Assembly: GCA_051530055.1 (NCBI GenBank)
Contig: CM121343.1
Location: forward strand, 4,372,389 to 4,436,388
Direction of reading: 5' to 3'
DNA: 64,000 bases
Origin: Neoechinorhynchus agilis
Lineage: Eukaryota > Animalia > Acanthocephala
In this document: piece after piece, positions 1 to 11,891 of the stretch
Position numbering within the stretch: position 1 is the stretch's first letter
Layout: each line of letters opens with the position of its first letter
The notes under the pieces: generated by a model
What the model saw: the letters and a program-made list of their open reading frames with translations, nothing else
Told to the model about the DNA's origin: nothing
Database searches by the model: none
Program-made: the position numbers and the translations under genes

Positions 1-590
1 GTTGACCAACAATGCGGTTTACAACGATTAATCAATGAAAATCTAAGCAGAAACACTTTTCTATTTGAAATCAATTTTTACTTTCTGCGGTCTAACTCAT
101 GTTAACCGAAATTTTGAACTGCTGTGAGTTTATTACCAATAAAATGTACCGACGAAAAGATATACGGATTTAATGTTGATATCTTAAAGAGTTCACGAGT
201 CGTGCTTTTCCAAAACGATTAAGAGTGCGTTCCTGAGTTTCATAAATTCTCTACAATACGACCACGCTACTCTTTTGAAAGCGGTCGCTATAATCCAAAT
301 CGCTTCCTACTTCTTTTTTTTTAATTCGGGTAACAGTGAGTGATTTCATGTCTAATCTAATGCATCAAAATTTAATATGTGTGATTTATCCTCTTGGCTT
401 TAAAATAGCCAAGCTTGCAATCTTGCCATTTAGGATGGCCTCAATAAAAAAGCTTAAAAGTAGTCATTCCACTTTAAGCTTCATTTTTACATAAAAGATG
501 GTCTCAAAATACTCTCCTATGGCGTTATGCGCTACATTTCAGCAGTTTATGAGAGATTAGTCGAATCACTCTAAGCAACTACGAATTTAG

Positions 591-1733
591 TTATATTTGA
601 CTATCGAAAGAGGGCGGTAGGAACAATGATAACATTCTCTTTCTGAGAGCGGATTGCCACCACTGATAAGACGGAGTTGTGATTGTCATCAAGTTGTACC
701 AAGCGTTGAAACTGAACGCAATCGTGTAAATCAGAGCCCTCTTCAGAGTCTCATATTTTCGATCACATTGCGTATCGATTTGATAGCGATAAAGATAGGC
801 ATTTACAGTGACTAACAAGATTGATGTGACACATCCTAAGAGGTTGCTTCCCAAGGAAAGCAGAGCTGGTCTGATACGCACGAACCACTGACTTCGAGAT
901 AAGCTCGTCTTCACTTGTCCAAGGCAAGTAATCTTTGTATAAATGAGACTTAGAGCGACTAATGTACCAACTGAATAGACCACAAATGCTATAGCCGGGA
1001 TAAAAATGGCATCGTGTGTGAATCCATCAACGTAGTAGTGATGTATGCCGTAGCCGATTTGGACTGTAGTGTTTTTATATTGCCAATAGACACAAATGTC
1101 ACTTGAGTACAGTGTAAACAAGTTCCAAGCTAAACACATAAAGAATGTGGCGGTACAGACAATCTTGGCTTGGCCAGGATGCATCCGTTTACAGGATCTT
1201 CTGGTGACATTAGCTTTGAGTTTGGCGATAGTTGACCAAAGGCAAATGAATGCGATCGATGAAAAAAGTACATTGTCGAAATACGACGATATTTTATTGA
1301 TCACTAGAGTAGTCTCGGATTGCGGGACGCGTGTTCCCGTCACTGTCAAGTATATTCCTGAGTTGATCATAAAAAAAGCAGATAGTTGAGTGAGGTAAGC
1401 TAAATAGATGGAAAAGTAAGCAACTCGCATGTTGTCCTCGTGATAAACGAAATGTCCTAAACAAGCGGACACGATGCCGAGGACGGTCGTCAGTATAGAG
1501 AATACCAGAAATATGTTTGATAAGGCTGCTGAATCATTGCATGTGTCCGATCGAGTTCGGCATACCGGTAGCAGAAAAGATATATTGGTAGTTGCAGAAA
1601 GGAAGACAAGTGTTTGTGGTTTCTTTACTTCTGCGCGATTAACAATTGGAAGTGTAGGCGGCAGCGGTGGTAGTGGTGGTGGTGGCAGTGGCGGCGGCGG
1701 CGGCGGCGGTGGTGGTGGTTTCATATTGTTCAA
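591..1733 (-). CDS. Intronless seven-transmembrane (GPCR/chemoreceptor-like) protein with N-terminal polyproline tract
   Basis: 380-aa ORF with about 7 hydrophobic segments spaced like a class A receptor, N-glycosylation sequons (NIS, NDS, NTT), and a TM7-like NAWYNL at the NPxxY position; no clear DRY motif. Confidence 0.55.
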   Translation of the reverse strand: MNNMKPPPPPPPPPPLPPPPLPPLPPTLPIVNRAEVKKPQTLVFLSATTNISFLLPVCRTRSDTCNDSAALSNIFLVFSILTTVLGIVSACLGHFVYHEDNMRVAYFSIYLAYLTQLSAFFMINSGIYLTVTGTRVPQSETTLVINKISSYFDNVLFSSIAFICLWSTIAKLKANVTRRSCKRMHPGQAKIVCTATFFMCLAWNLFTLYSSDICVYWQYKNTTVQIGYGIHHYYVDGFTHDAIFIPAIAFVVYSVGTLVALSLIYTKITCLGQVKTSLSRSQWFVRIRPALLSLGSNLLGCVTSILLVTVNAYLYRYQIDTQCDRKYETLKRALIYTIAFSFNAWYNLMTITTPSYQWWQSALRKRMLSLFLPPSFDSQI

Positions 1734-1898
1734 TGAATTTTCAAATGGATCGTCCTTTGAGTACCACGAGGCACGAAATTATTGATACCGTTCACTAAGC
1801 GTCGTACATTTTGTGGGTGTATTTCAAGAATGGTGATAGTAAACGAAACGCAAAAGGATCCCGTGTACTAATGCGAAAGTGAAATCAGCACCAATGGG

Positions 1899-1935
1899 AT
1901 GCAGCAGCAGCAGCAGCGGCGGCGGCGGCAGTAGC
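1899..1935 (+). repeat. (CAG)n/(CGG)n compound microsatellite
   Basis: gcagcagcagcagcagcggcggcggcggcagtagc read directly. Confidence 0.85.
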
Positions 1936-2752
1936 GATCATCGCGTTATGTGGGAGTATGTGAGCGATATACGAGATGAGGTCGTCGTTGCAGTTCCGAA
2001 TAGTAACTTTGAAGATACCAACACAAATGTTGATCGATGCTGAAGAGCACTACTTCTGACAGATTAGGTGGTATCCGTACTCGTGCCACCAACTCTTTAA
2101 GATAACATAAAAAGCACGGTTCGGATCAAAGTTTTGGTTTAAGTATAGTCAAGAAATTGAGTGCTTTTTAGGAAAACTTTACAAGGAGTTAATCTTGAAC
2201 CACAATTTGCACTATCTGGATTTATGTTCTGTATCGCTCACATCAAGAAATCACTCCGATTAAAATGCTCATATTTGCTGTCAGCATGTGATTACCGCAT
2301 ATGTCATGCACCCACGGGTGTCCCAGAAAAGAAATTATCAGTGACAACAGCACTAAGATCTTTTGTTGCACTTGAAGTTATGCTTTTTACAAGCGAGAAC
2401 ATAAGTAATTTGACGGAAAATATGAACAAAATTAAGAGTGCGTCGTTTCACCCAATTTTAGTTTTAGTCCTCAAACAAAAGGCATCCTCAAATATGCGCT
2501 GAATATTTACGCGAATCGTCAAACCTCCGTGAAGTTCCGACAAAGGATTTTTCCTTCAAGTATCAGGAGATTCGCTAAGCGTTCCATCATTGAAAACCGT
2601 CTAGTCAATTATGTCGAATACTTTTGATCCTTCGAAATTATGGACGCACCCAATTCGATATGTGCGACACGGTAACAATAAACCCGTTGTTATCCTTTCT
2701 CGAATCAAAAACTGTAACTACCTTGAACTTTTTTCTAGAATTTTTTATTAAA

Positions 2753-2870
2753 GGGAACGAAATACCTCGATGAAGGGAGGAAACTCACAGTCTCGCCTCC
2801 CCGGGAGGTATCTGAGAATCCGGAGGGATGTACAAACTTATAACCGTCTACGGTCTTGGGCATTGAGCAC
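2753..2870 (+). mobile_element. Partial copy of the SINE/hammerhead-core family (CUGAUGA core disrupted by a 5-nt deletion)
   Basis: gggaacGAAAtacctc...ggaaactca-cag-tctcgcctccccggGAGGTATCTGAGAATCCggag aligns to 52019-52130. Confidence 0.75.
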
Positions 2871-4531
2871 AAACCAACGCTTCCCAGACACTAATAGGCT
2901 TAATGAATGTGGTTATTGATTTGTTGATTTTGGAGTGGTTACGGGTATGGCCGGGTGGAAATCAGGAGAGTTTGTGAGGTTAAGTCTTTCCTCAGGTTCA
3001 TTTCGGGTTATGATATCCGAGAAGATTGAACAGTACAGAAAATGGAGCGTATTTAGAGGAAGATGCAAGATGAGAAAGGATAAAAAGAAATTGGGATTGC
3101 GAGTGTTATCCTGATAGAAATAAAATATGGATAAAATTGTGGTGGTAGGGTTGAGAGGCGTTTCGATTGTTTGCTGAAAGCCGGGAAAAATCAACTGCGC
3201 AAGATGAGATCGTCGGCAAATAAGAAAAGTTTACGGTCCTCAAGGTGTGCATTGAAGGAAGAGTACTCTAGAAGGATGGTTGAATTGCCGTTGGTAAGCC
3301 ACAGCTCTTGAAGCAGATGAAATCAGTGAAATTTTATCTAGTTTAGGGAGGAGGCTTCCAGTGTTGGAGTAGATTAGGTGGGGAAGGGTATTTTGGATTT
3401 CGGCAAATCTGGTGTGGAGTGAGGGAGATTGAGGTTCCATTGGTCGTCGTGGGTGATAAATAAAGGGAGCAATCGTTACATTTTGTCGATCTAGAACGTA
3501 ATTAGTGATTGGCAATGATTGAAACGAGTTTAGAGTTGAGACTATGTGTAGATCAGTTACGATTGGTCAGGCCGATTTGTGGTTTCGTGTAGGGGTAGAG
3601 CGATAATTATTTACTTGATTTGGGAGAGTGTTTTATGTGGAAAGGCTGCGAGATTGACCGTTGCTGTTTTTCGGGCGCCGGTGCATTTGCACGTAATCAA
3701 AAAAGCTGGGAAATCCCTCACTCTTCGAGTTTTGGGATGGAGAAAATGTTCGGGGATGTTCGCTAAAAGTGAACGATTATATTGGGAAGATGAGAAGGGC
3801 GATGGGAAGATTTTATGAAGAGCTTTTAATGGATAGGTACGAAAAGAAAGTTATGAAGTAAAAAAGGAGTTTGTATCTCTTGTTAAGAAAGAGTTAGTCA
3901 TCGATACAAGTTTTCAATCTCAAAGGACTGTCGATTTCGTTGATTGTAACTAGAGAGATATGATTTCGCCATTGCTATAAGCAAGCCAAATCAGTTATCT
4001 ATAATAAATATTTTAAAGAATAAGGCAGTAAAATTTCAGCGTTCTAGATGGTCAAATATTGAACATTTTATTTTGAATGAAAGATAATTTACGGTCTCTT
4101 TTGGTTATGCAGCCTACTTAGAGCTCGATAATGGAGTTTGTGTCCAACCAAATGAAAAGAGCAATAGTTATGCTCTCGTGAACGCCAGATATGGTTTCAA
4201 TTCATCCAGGAACATTATTGTGCATGAATTCTGTAATTATTTATAAGTCATATCGGAGTAATCGCTTCTTGTAGAACATAATAAAGTACAAAACGTTCAA
4301 TCACCACCGTCCGGCAAAATTGAAGCTTCTCTCCTTCCTTGGCTACGCTAGCAGCATTGCCTCGTTGTACTGAGAGCGAGATATTTTGTCGCAGGAATAC
4401 ACCTGCTCGTTCGTTCTTAAAATGGATGAAATCCTTGCTGATAGTAGCGTCTTCTTTAAAAGGAGGATTTCTAAAAATGCTTGCTCTGATATTAACGATA
4501 ACTTTTCGAAATTAGACCCTTAAAGAAAGAT

Positions 4532-4716
4532 TTAAATTTTAGTCTATCCCTTTCTTGTCCGGCTTATTTTTTTTAGGCATAAAGCCAAACCAATTACATC
4601 AGAGAAGTGATATAACCACATAGTCTCTAATGCACGGTTAAGAGTTTGTACATTCCTCCGGATCCTCAGATACCTCCAGGAGGCACAATCAGTAGATTCT
4701 TCTTCTATATCGTCCC
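4532..4716 (-). mobile_element. Copy of the SINE/hammerhead-core family (core region plus 3' tail)
   Basis: Reverse complement closely matches 52060-52215 over about 170 nt (…ggaggtatctgaggatccggaggaatgtacaaactcttaaccgtgcattagagactatgtggttatatcacttctctgatgtaattggtttggc…). Confidence 0.8.
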
Positions 4717-6065
4717 TATAAACAATGGTTCAATTGATTTTGGAATTCTTGGTAACTTTTTAGTTTTGAAACCGAAAAATACCTCCTTGGGTGTCACAAT
4801 CTCCGAGGGGAAAAGATCCACGAACATGAGAAAAACGGAACGTGTCTATATTGTGACATTCAGCAGCAATTTGGGAAGATACTCTCATTGAATAAATCGC
4901 CACGGAAGAATTCGTAAGGATCAATGGCTACTTAAATATTCACCGTTTAAAAACCATGCATTCTGTTATTGTGTATTGACGAAGCGTGGAAAATACGTTC
5001 AAAAATAAAATTCTTCGTAAAAAGGTTTTTTCGTTTACACACACAACAACAACAAAACATTTAAACAATCACCACCGTCCACGACGAAGAGGCATCGCTC
5101 TCCCCGTCGCGACCACACTCGCCGCGTTTCCCTGTTTTCTATCGCGAGACCAATGTTTTGGCGTAGGAAGGCACCTCACTTCCTTAAAAATGATTTCGCT
5201 TATGATATACACAAACGACTTGCGCGAATGCAATAACTTCAAAACTCACCAATTATTTTGGTCGGTCCTCAACACCCGAATAAATATATTTCGACTGATC
5301 GATTCACTCATTTTATCAATTCAAATCTAAAAAAATAAGCACGAGATGAGCGTTCGTTTTTGGAACCCGGAAACTGCCTAGAAAATGAAAATGCCCGAAT
5401 TTGTTTAAAAGCCGAAAGAACTATACCATTTGGTCAGGTGATTTGTACATGCGGCGGTGACGTAATCAAAATGCGTGTAAACTTTTTCTGCTGGTTTTTT
5501 CGTCTTCGAATTTAATTGTAGTCCAAGTCAATGGTTGTTCACGGAAGACTTTCACGATTAAAGGCTCTGAACGTTCGATGACCATAGCGAACTATTTGGG
5601 ACGATGGAATGAGTTTTCATGACGTCACATTTTCCAGCGACGTCTGGAGTTCATTCCTTGAGGTGATCGCGTTTTTGCTTTCCACTCATGTGCAAAAAGT
5701 CGTAAAAATGCACATCTTTAACTAATTGGCGTTACGTCACAACTTCGGTTTTGTTTTCAATCACGATTGTTATCCGAGCAAGCAATATTTATTCAACCAA
5801 TCTTCATTTCTCGACAATTAACACACCACCTCCCGCAGAATTCCAGCTTTTGTCCTTCCTCGACCGTCGCCATATCTAAAAGCACGTCTTTGTTGTTCAA
5901 AATAATGAATAATATGCCGTTATTTTAGTAAACTGGCAGCGGACTCTTTTATGAACATGAAACCATGTTGACATGAGATCTCTAGCATCTTCAATGAGTT
6001 ACACTTAAAGATTATATTTTTTGAAGTCTGGTTAGCCGGTAACTTTTTTTTTCTGAGCACGAGTT

Positions 6066-6135
6066 CACGAAATACCGCTCAAGGAAGAAGGATAAAACTC
6101 ACAGAGTCCCGCATTGCCGATCCGGCGGGATATAC
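6066..6135 (+). mobile_element. Degenerate copy of the SINE/hammerhead-core family
   Basis: cacGAAAtaccgc…aaactcacagagtcccgc…ggcgggatat has the same motif order as the family. Confidence 0.4.
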
Positions 6136-6272
6136 TAAGCAAGGTTTTAAGTGCGGTTTTATGGTGAAAAAGGCCACACCTAAAACATAGAATAAAGATT
6201 GTATTTAACATCCATTCCTTTCTAATGAGCACTGTAATCTCTCACCGAAGTTCAATTGCCTAATTTGATGCC

Positions 6273-6300
6273 CACGTGATGTCCACGTGATGTCCACGTG
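6273..6300 (+). promoter_or_regulatory. Three CACGTG E-boxes at 11-bp spacing upstream of the capping enzyme
   Basis: CACGTG at 6273, 6284 and 6295 (unit ccacgtgatgt), about 110 nt before the probable ATG. Confidence 0.4.
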
Positions 6301-6408
6301 GTGCTGCAGTTCTATCGAGAATAAGTCCATCTCGACAGGTCGATTCTAAAAGTGTGTGTTTTTCTTTTAATTTTCGTCGTGATTGATATTATTGTTCAAA
6401 ATTTTAGA

Positions 6409-8202
6409 ATGGCAAGCCGATCATCTTCTCTGAGAGAAACAATAATTCCCGACCGGTGGCTTGACACACCGCCGATGTGTTCATCCTTGATCAATGGCAT
6501 GTTTCTCGTATTCAAGACTCCTCTTTCATCTGAGTATGATTCAAGTGTTTCTGAAGAAAAGCGGTTCACTCCTTCGGACGTGGTAGATCGGATGAACATT
6601 TTGACCGATGGAAAGAAAATTTCAGCAATTATAAGTCTTGTGAACACAAATCGGTATTATGACCCACGAGAGTTTAGCGATAATCATGGCATCCGTCACT
6701 TTAAGCTTCCATGTGTGGGACGAAACAAGTATCCAGAGACGAGTGTTAAGGAAAAATTTATAAGCATTTGTTCCGGAATTGGTGAAAGTTCGCCAGGTTC
6801 TGTTATAGGCGTCCATTGTACTCACGGTTACAATCGATCCGGATTCTTAGTGATCTGCTATTTGGTTGAACACAGCGGAATGAAGTTGGATGACGCCCTT
6901 CTAGTTTTTTCGAGAAGCCGCTCTAGGGGGATTTATAAGCGGGATTATATCCATGGTCTAAGATCGATGTATGCTTCTAATCCGCACAATACCTTAAGTA
7001 GAAAACGAGATGCAAACAATGAAGACGATATGGAGGATCGTGAAGCAAAGCGAAGAATTTCCACTTCGGCCAGTTATGATCATAAGGATATTACCTGCGA
7101 ATCGCCGCATGAATTTGCTGTTGATGTTCCGAATGTTTTCCCTCTAATGTGTCACCGAGATGAAGAAAAGATTGAGGAAATCAGACGAAACATAAAGCAA
7201 CTATGCCCCGAGACATTTGGTAATGGATTCATCGGTAGTCAACCAGTTTCAATGACTTTACGAAACATAATGAATCTCCAGCAATTGGAGTATCGCGTGA
7301 GCTGGAAAGCTGATGGTACAAGATTCCTGTGTCTTATAAAAAGTCAAAATGAAATTTATATGATCGACAGGAGAAATTGTATTTTCGCAATACATAACCT
7401 TTCATTTTTATCGTCGAAAAGTCCCACTGAACATCTTTCACAGACTTTGGTAGATGGAGAAATGGTGACTGATATCGTGGATGGAAAAGCAGTTCATAGA
7501 TATTTAATATACGACGTATTGGCATTCAATGGTCAACCAGCAGGACAAGAATTAGATTTTGATCAACGGATGGAATTGATTAGCCGCGAGATTGTGAATC
7601 CGCGATATCGCGCAATGCAACTCGGACTCATTGACCGACAACAAGAACCTTTCGGAGTTAGAAGAAAAGATTTCTGGCATGTTATGGCAGCTTCTAAAAT
7701 CCTGGGTGAAAAGTTTCAGCAACAACTTAGTCATGGAATTGACGGTCTCATTTTTCAACCTGTTCACATGCCCTATATATTCGGTACATGTTATGAGGTT
7801 CTAAAATGGAAACCTGAAGACATGAATTCTATAGATTTTAAGATGATCATTCCGAAATCAGTGATGGAGAAACGAGATATTGGTTCTGCTGGCTATTTGC
7901 ACGTTCGTAATCTCAAGAAACCATTCGCAAAGATCAGACTGACCGAAGAATTGTTTAACTGCAATGAAAAAATCGTCGAGTGTATCTGCGCCGATAATCG
8001 GTGGAAAATGCTGAGGATTAGATCCGATAAAACAACGGCCAATACACACCGGACGGCCTTAGCTATTGCGGAAAGTATCCAGAACCCGGTTACAAAGGAT
8101 CTCCTTTTGGAAGCAATCAAAGCGATTCGACCAGAACGTTTTGTTATTCGAAGCTTAAACGACTATCGGCAAGCAGACGGAAATGCGGCAGGCATGGAGT
8201 AA
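6409..8202 (+). CDS. RNGTT: Bifunctional mRNA capping enzyme (cysteine-type RNA triphosphatase + guanylyltransferase), intronless
   Basis: VHCTHGYNRSG P-loop; GTase motifs WKADG, DGEMV, YDVL, DGLIFQP, LKWKP. ATG at 6409 is preferred over the GTG at 6352. Confidence 0.95.
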   Translation: MASRSSSLRETIIPDRWLDTPPMCSSLINGMFLVFKTPLSSEYDSSVSEEKRFTPSDVVDRMNILTDGKKISAIISLVNTNRYYDPREFSDNHGIRHFKLPCVGRNKYPETSVKEKFISICSGIGESSPGSVIGVHCTHGYNRSGFLVICYLVEHSGMKLDDALLVFSRSRSRGIYKRDYIHGLRSMYASNPHNTLSRKRDANNEDDMEDREAKRRISTSASYDHKDITCESPHEFAVDVPNVFPLMCHRDEEKIEEIRRNIKQLCPETFGNGFIGSQPVSMTLRNIMNLQQLEYRVSWKADGTRFLCLIKSQNEIYMIDRRNCIFAIHNLSFLSSKSPTEHLSQTLVDGEMVTDIVDGKAVHRYLIYDVLAFNGQPAGQELDFDQRMELISREIVNPRYRAMQLGLIDRQQEPFGVRRKDFWHVMAASKILGEKFQQQLSHGIDGLIFQPVHMPYIFGTCYEVLKWKPEDMNSIDFKMIIPKSVMEKRDIGSAGYLHVRNLKKPFAKIRLTEELFNCNEKIVECICADNRWKMLRIRSDKTTANTHRTALAIAESIQNPVTKDLLLEAIKAIRPERFVIRSLNDYRQADGNAAGME

Positions 8203-9739
8203 CCTATCCAAGTTTGTAGTTACGGTAAATACACACGAAGAGCGATTGTCTTGTTCACTTTTGAACACGGAGGTGTGAGATAAAAAAAATTTTTATTTTT
8301 TTGTTCAATCCAAAACGAATCAACGCGGCGACTGGAGAGCCGAGATCGACGTCGTTCTTGGCGCAAAAAATAAGCATTGCGGTGCGGCGGAGCAATGCGG
8401 CTAGCATTTTGGCCAGCGCCGATGAATAGGAGCGTTGAAGAAACTATAAATTATGTATGCTTGCTTAAAAAAGCCAGTAAATCATCAGAATGTAACTGTT
8501 TTTCATAAAAAAGATATCTCAATTCAAAAAATCCAAATCTATTTTTAGGATCGCTTAGGTCAGTTGGGAACAGTGAAAAGGTGCCTGATTTTAGCTATTT
8601 TTTGTTTGGTTGCATTATACTACGGATTTTTCGTTCTTAATTCTGACGATCCGAGGGCAGGAGCATTCCTCCTGCAGAACATGGCTTTGTAACTGTAAGG
8701 GAACGATGAATCCGTCCTTTCGACCATTAAAACTCCAGGACGGCAGCTGAAAGATCCAGAGGGGTTTTTAACTCTGTTTTGAGTAAAAACTCGTCTAATC
8801 TGAAAAAAAGTTGTTAACCTAATGGACAATGCCAAAAAGTCACGATTCATTATTTCCATTCTTTGATGTCAATGCTTATCGTGTATTCCTTGGGTTTGAC
8901 TTTTCAAATGCACTTTTACTGCACTAGTGAGGATTTTTTGATTTGTAACAATTAACTCGAGACTAACCATTGAAACTGTTCTTTATCAGATTTGTTATCT
9001 TGGAACACTTCATTACTCATCGAGCAAATCGATATCGCTTTTCTGATCTCAACTGCAGTCAATAATTCGTGTTTATTTTTTGCAAACTCCTTTATTCGAC
9101 TGAAAGTGTAAGAACGTGAAAGGCTTTTAGTAGTATCTGAGAATTGTGTTTTCTATTAAAATCTTGTGATCATGAGAGCATCAAATCAAAAAAACGAATT
9201 AAGGATGCAATAATTTTAAATAGACTAAAAAGTGCGCTCAAAAATTACCCCTCTACATAATCTATTCGATTTTTTTAAAAATCAAGGATTGCATCTAATC
9301 CATTAACATTTAAGCACTTATTTAATCGACTATCTTGAAGATGATATTTTTTATCTTTTATTCGTGATAAAATTGTATTTATAACAAAGATAAATCAAAC
9401 TTTCCTAATACGATTTTGACAGAAAATAAACCATATTTCCCAGGAACATTTACCGGAATTGCATGCTAAAAATAAAAGGTCAAAATGAAACTTTGAGCGA
9501 CTAAAAGATTGAACATTCGATATCTTAACAAATTCACTGATCGGGGCCTACAATAAAACATAAATAAAAACTATCATAAGCTGAGATTTTGGTATAATTT
9601 CCAATTTACAAACAAAAATCGATGATCCTAGAAACTTCGAGAGAAATCAATTGCTCTCTCTCACAAAAATATACATAAATGCGATACAGAATAATAATCG
9701 AGGGCACCGTTCTCTTTTTAGCTTTAGGAATCAATCGTA

Positions 9740-10070
9740 GCAAACAATCAGTTTGGGACTCACCCATGGTAGCGAGAATTCACAACTCTTTAATTTCAGA
9801 TTCTCGGGACCTGGTGAACCAAACTCGATTGGCGGCAGTTTCTACAAGAGAACCGGGTGCTTGGCTCAACGCTCTCCCAATCAACCTTCACTCCGACGAG
9901 ACAGCAAGGAACACATTGTCCCTGATACTCGGGGTCCGTGGAACTATTGGGACGCCATGGTCTCTTCTTCTGCCACCGGTAATAAGGTACTCAGGATACT
10001 TCTTAGAATGCGCCCAACTTCTTAGAAGCGAGCAATCTTTGCCGATTCGATGGCCGCCGTAGACCGGACG
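9740..10070 (+). mobile_element. CRE-like (RLE) non-LTR retrotransposon 3' fragment, near-identical to 39308-39638
   Basis: KQSVWDSP…TRLAAVSTREPGAWLNALP, then frameshifted GRHGL..C and DGRRRPD motifs; 331-bp match with few substitutions. Confidence 0.75.
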
Positions 10071-10123
10071 AACGTATTAACCGATACAAGTGACCGTCTT
10101 GTCAATTTTATTTTTCGCAATTT

Positions 10124-11891
10124 TCACTCGCCAAGTCCACCGCCATCATCAATATCTCTAACGTCATCGATTTTCAAGATCATTCTAACGACCTGTGTAG
10201 CGAGCAAGATCTGTTGCTTCTTGCTGAAAAACCCTTCGACCACATAATTTTTAAGGAGATCAGCGTAGCCGAGTGCACAATCATCGTCAACGCAAATTCC
10301 AAGATTGTGATTTGACTGTTTGATTTGTTGAGCTTTGATGCTATAGACGTGGTCGATCGGAGCATATCCTAAATTTTCGGCCAAAGCCATTGGAATGCTT
10401 TCAAGTGCTTTCGCGAATCCTTTATAAGCATACTGCAAAGAAGATGCCAACTGATCCATTTTTCTCTCAACAGCGATTGCACACGACAACTCGCTGGCTC
10501 CACCGCCCGGAACCACTCTATTGTCGACAATTAAGTTTCTCACAACGCACATCGCATCATGGAGAGCTCGTTTGGCCTCTTCGACGATCATCTTATTGCC
10601 TCCTCTTAAGAAAACAGTAACCGCGTTTGAATTAGGACAGCCGGTGATTGCAATCATCCGCTCATCATTTGTGCCAAACGTGATTTCTTTTGCCGATTCG
10701 GCCCTTCCTAATTTCTCGGCAGTTAATTCCTGAAAGCGAGGAACTATCCGACCGCCGGTAGCAATGGCGATCAACTCTATCTCAGGACCACCAACCCATC
10801 TTACAGCCGGCAATTGATGACGATGAAGGAGATAATTCGCTTCGTCGTCAAATCCCCATTGACAAATGATCATATTAGCACCGGCGGATTTGCACTCTCT
10901 TATCATCTCTTCAAATTTATCCGTTTCATACCTATGAAGCTTTGAATATTCTTCCACATTCCCAATCTCCAATTTATGCTTTGTCTTAGGCTTCGGTGGC
11001 TCAAAGGGGCACGTTAGTATAGCCATTTTAGCGTTTTTGACTTCCTTTGGCATTTGTGGATGACTAAAATCTTTATCTAATGCAAAGAATCTCTTAAATT
11101 GTTGCTCCAAAGAGACTCGTTGAACATATCAAAATTCCTTTAATTAGCATACTTTCATCCAAAGACCCTCCAGTTTTGCCTTCCACTTTTATAAGATCGA
11201 AGTTCACATCGCGTCTTTCAAAATCAGCAACGCTCAAGACGGCATCGACGGCTATTTCAGCCAATTTTCTATGAACACGGGTAACAACTTTAGATCCAAG
11301 TGACGTCATAGCGCATTTAATCAAATAATCGCGATGCTCAGGGGTAATCAATGACGGCGACGACGACGATGTAGTACCCTTTTCGGCTACTCCAAACACA
11401 GCACCAATCTCTCTAGATACAAATCCATCCAAATGGTCTATAGCGGTTAGGGCTGCTTGTTCATAACCTTCGGCTATACGGGTCGCATGGAGTCCTTTAT
11501 CAAGTAATACCTCCGCTTCGTCCAATAAAGCACCAGCTAAAATAACAACACCGGTCGTTCCATCGCCTACTTCGTCATCCATCGACTTGGATAAATCAAC
11601 CATTAGCTTCGCAACTTCATTATCTAGATCCAATGAAGATAAAATAGTGGCACCGTCATTAGAAACAGCAACTTCACCATCGCAATTAACCAATATCTTG
11701 TCCATTCCTTTCGGTCCGAAACTAGTACGAACGATTTGAGCCACGGATCGCGCAGCCTTGATGTGAGCTCTGTGCGCCTGAAGACCAGTTAGACGCTGCC
11801 GCTTCTCCTGATCCTTGAGCACAATCACCGGACGTCCAGAGGAATCGAACGATAGAACGCCAACAGTCGCTACCGGACCACCCTGATGCAT
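10124..11891 (-). CDS. CCT5: T-complex protein 1 subunit epsilon; two exons, 49-nt interruption at 11077-11125
   Basis: [81 protein letters not shown]. Confidence 0.95.

Noticed and set aside
2900-3830. Purine-skewed block, possibly a decayed minus-strand LINE endonuclease
   Set aside because: Only vague motif resemblance with many stops; no diagnostic GDFN or YADD.
8640-8690. CTGACGA followed by a GC-rich hairpin
   Set aside because: No GAAA or NUH in register; not a hammerhead.
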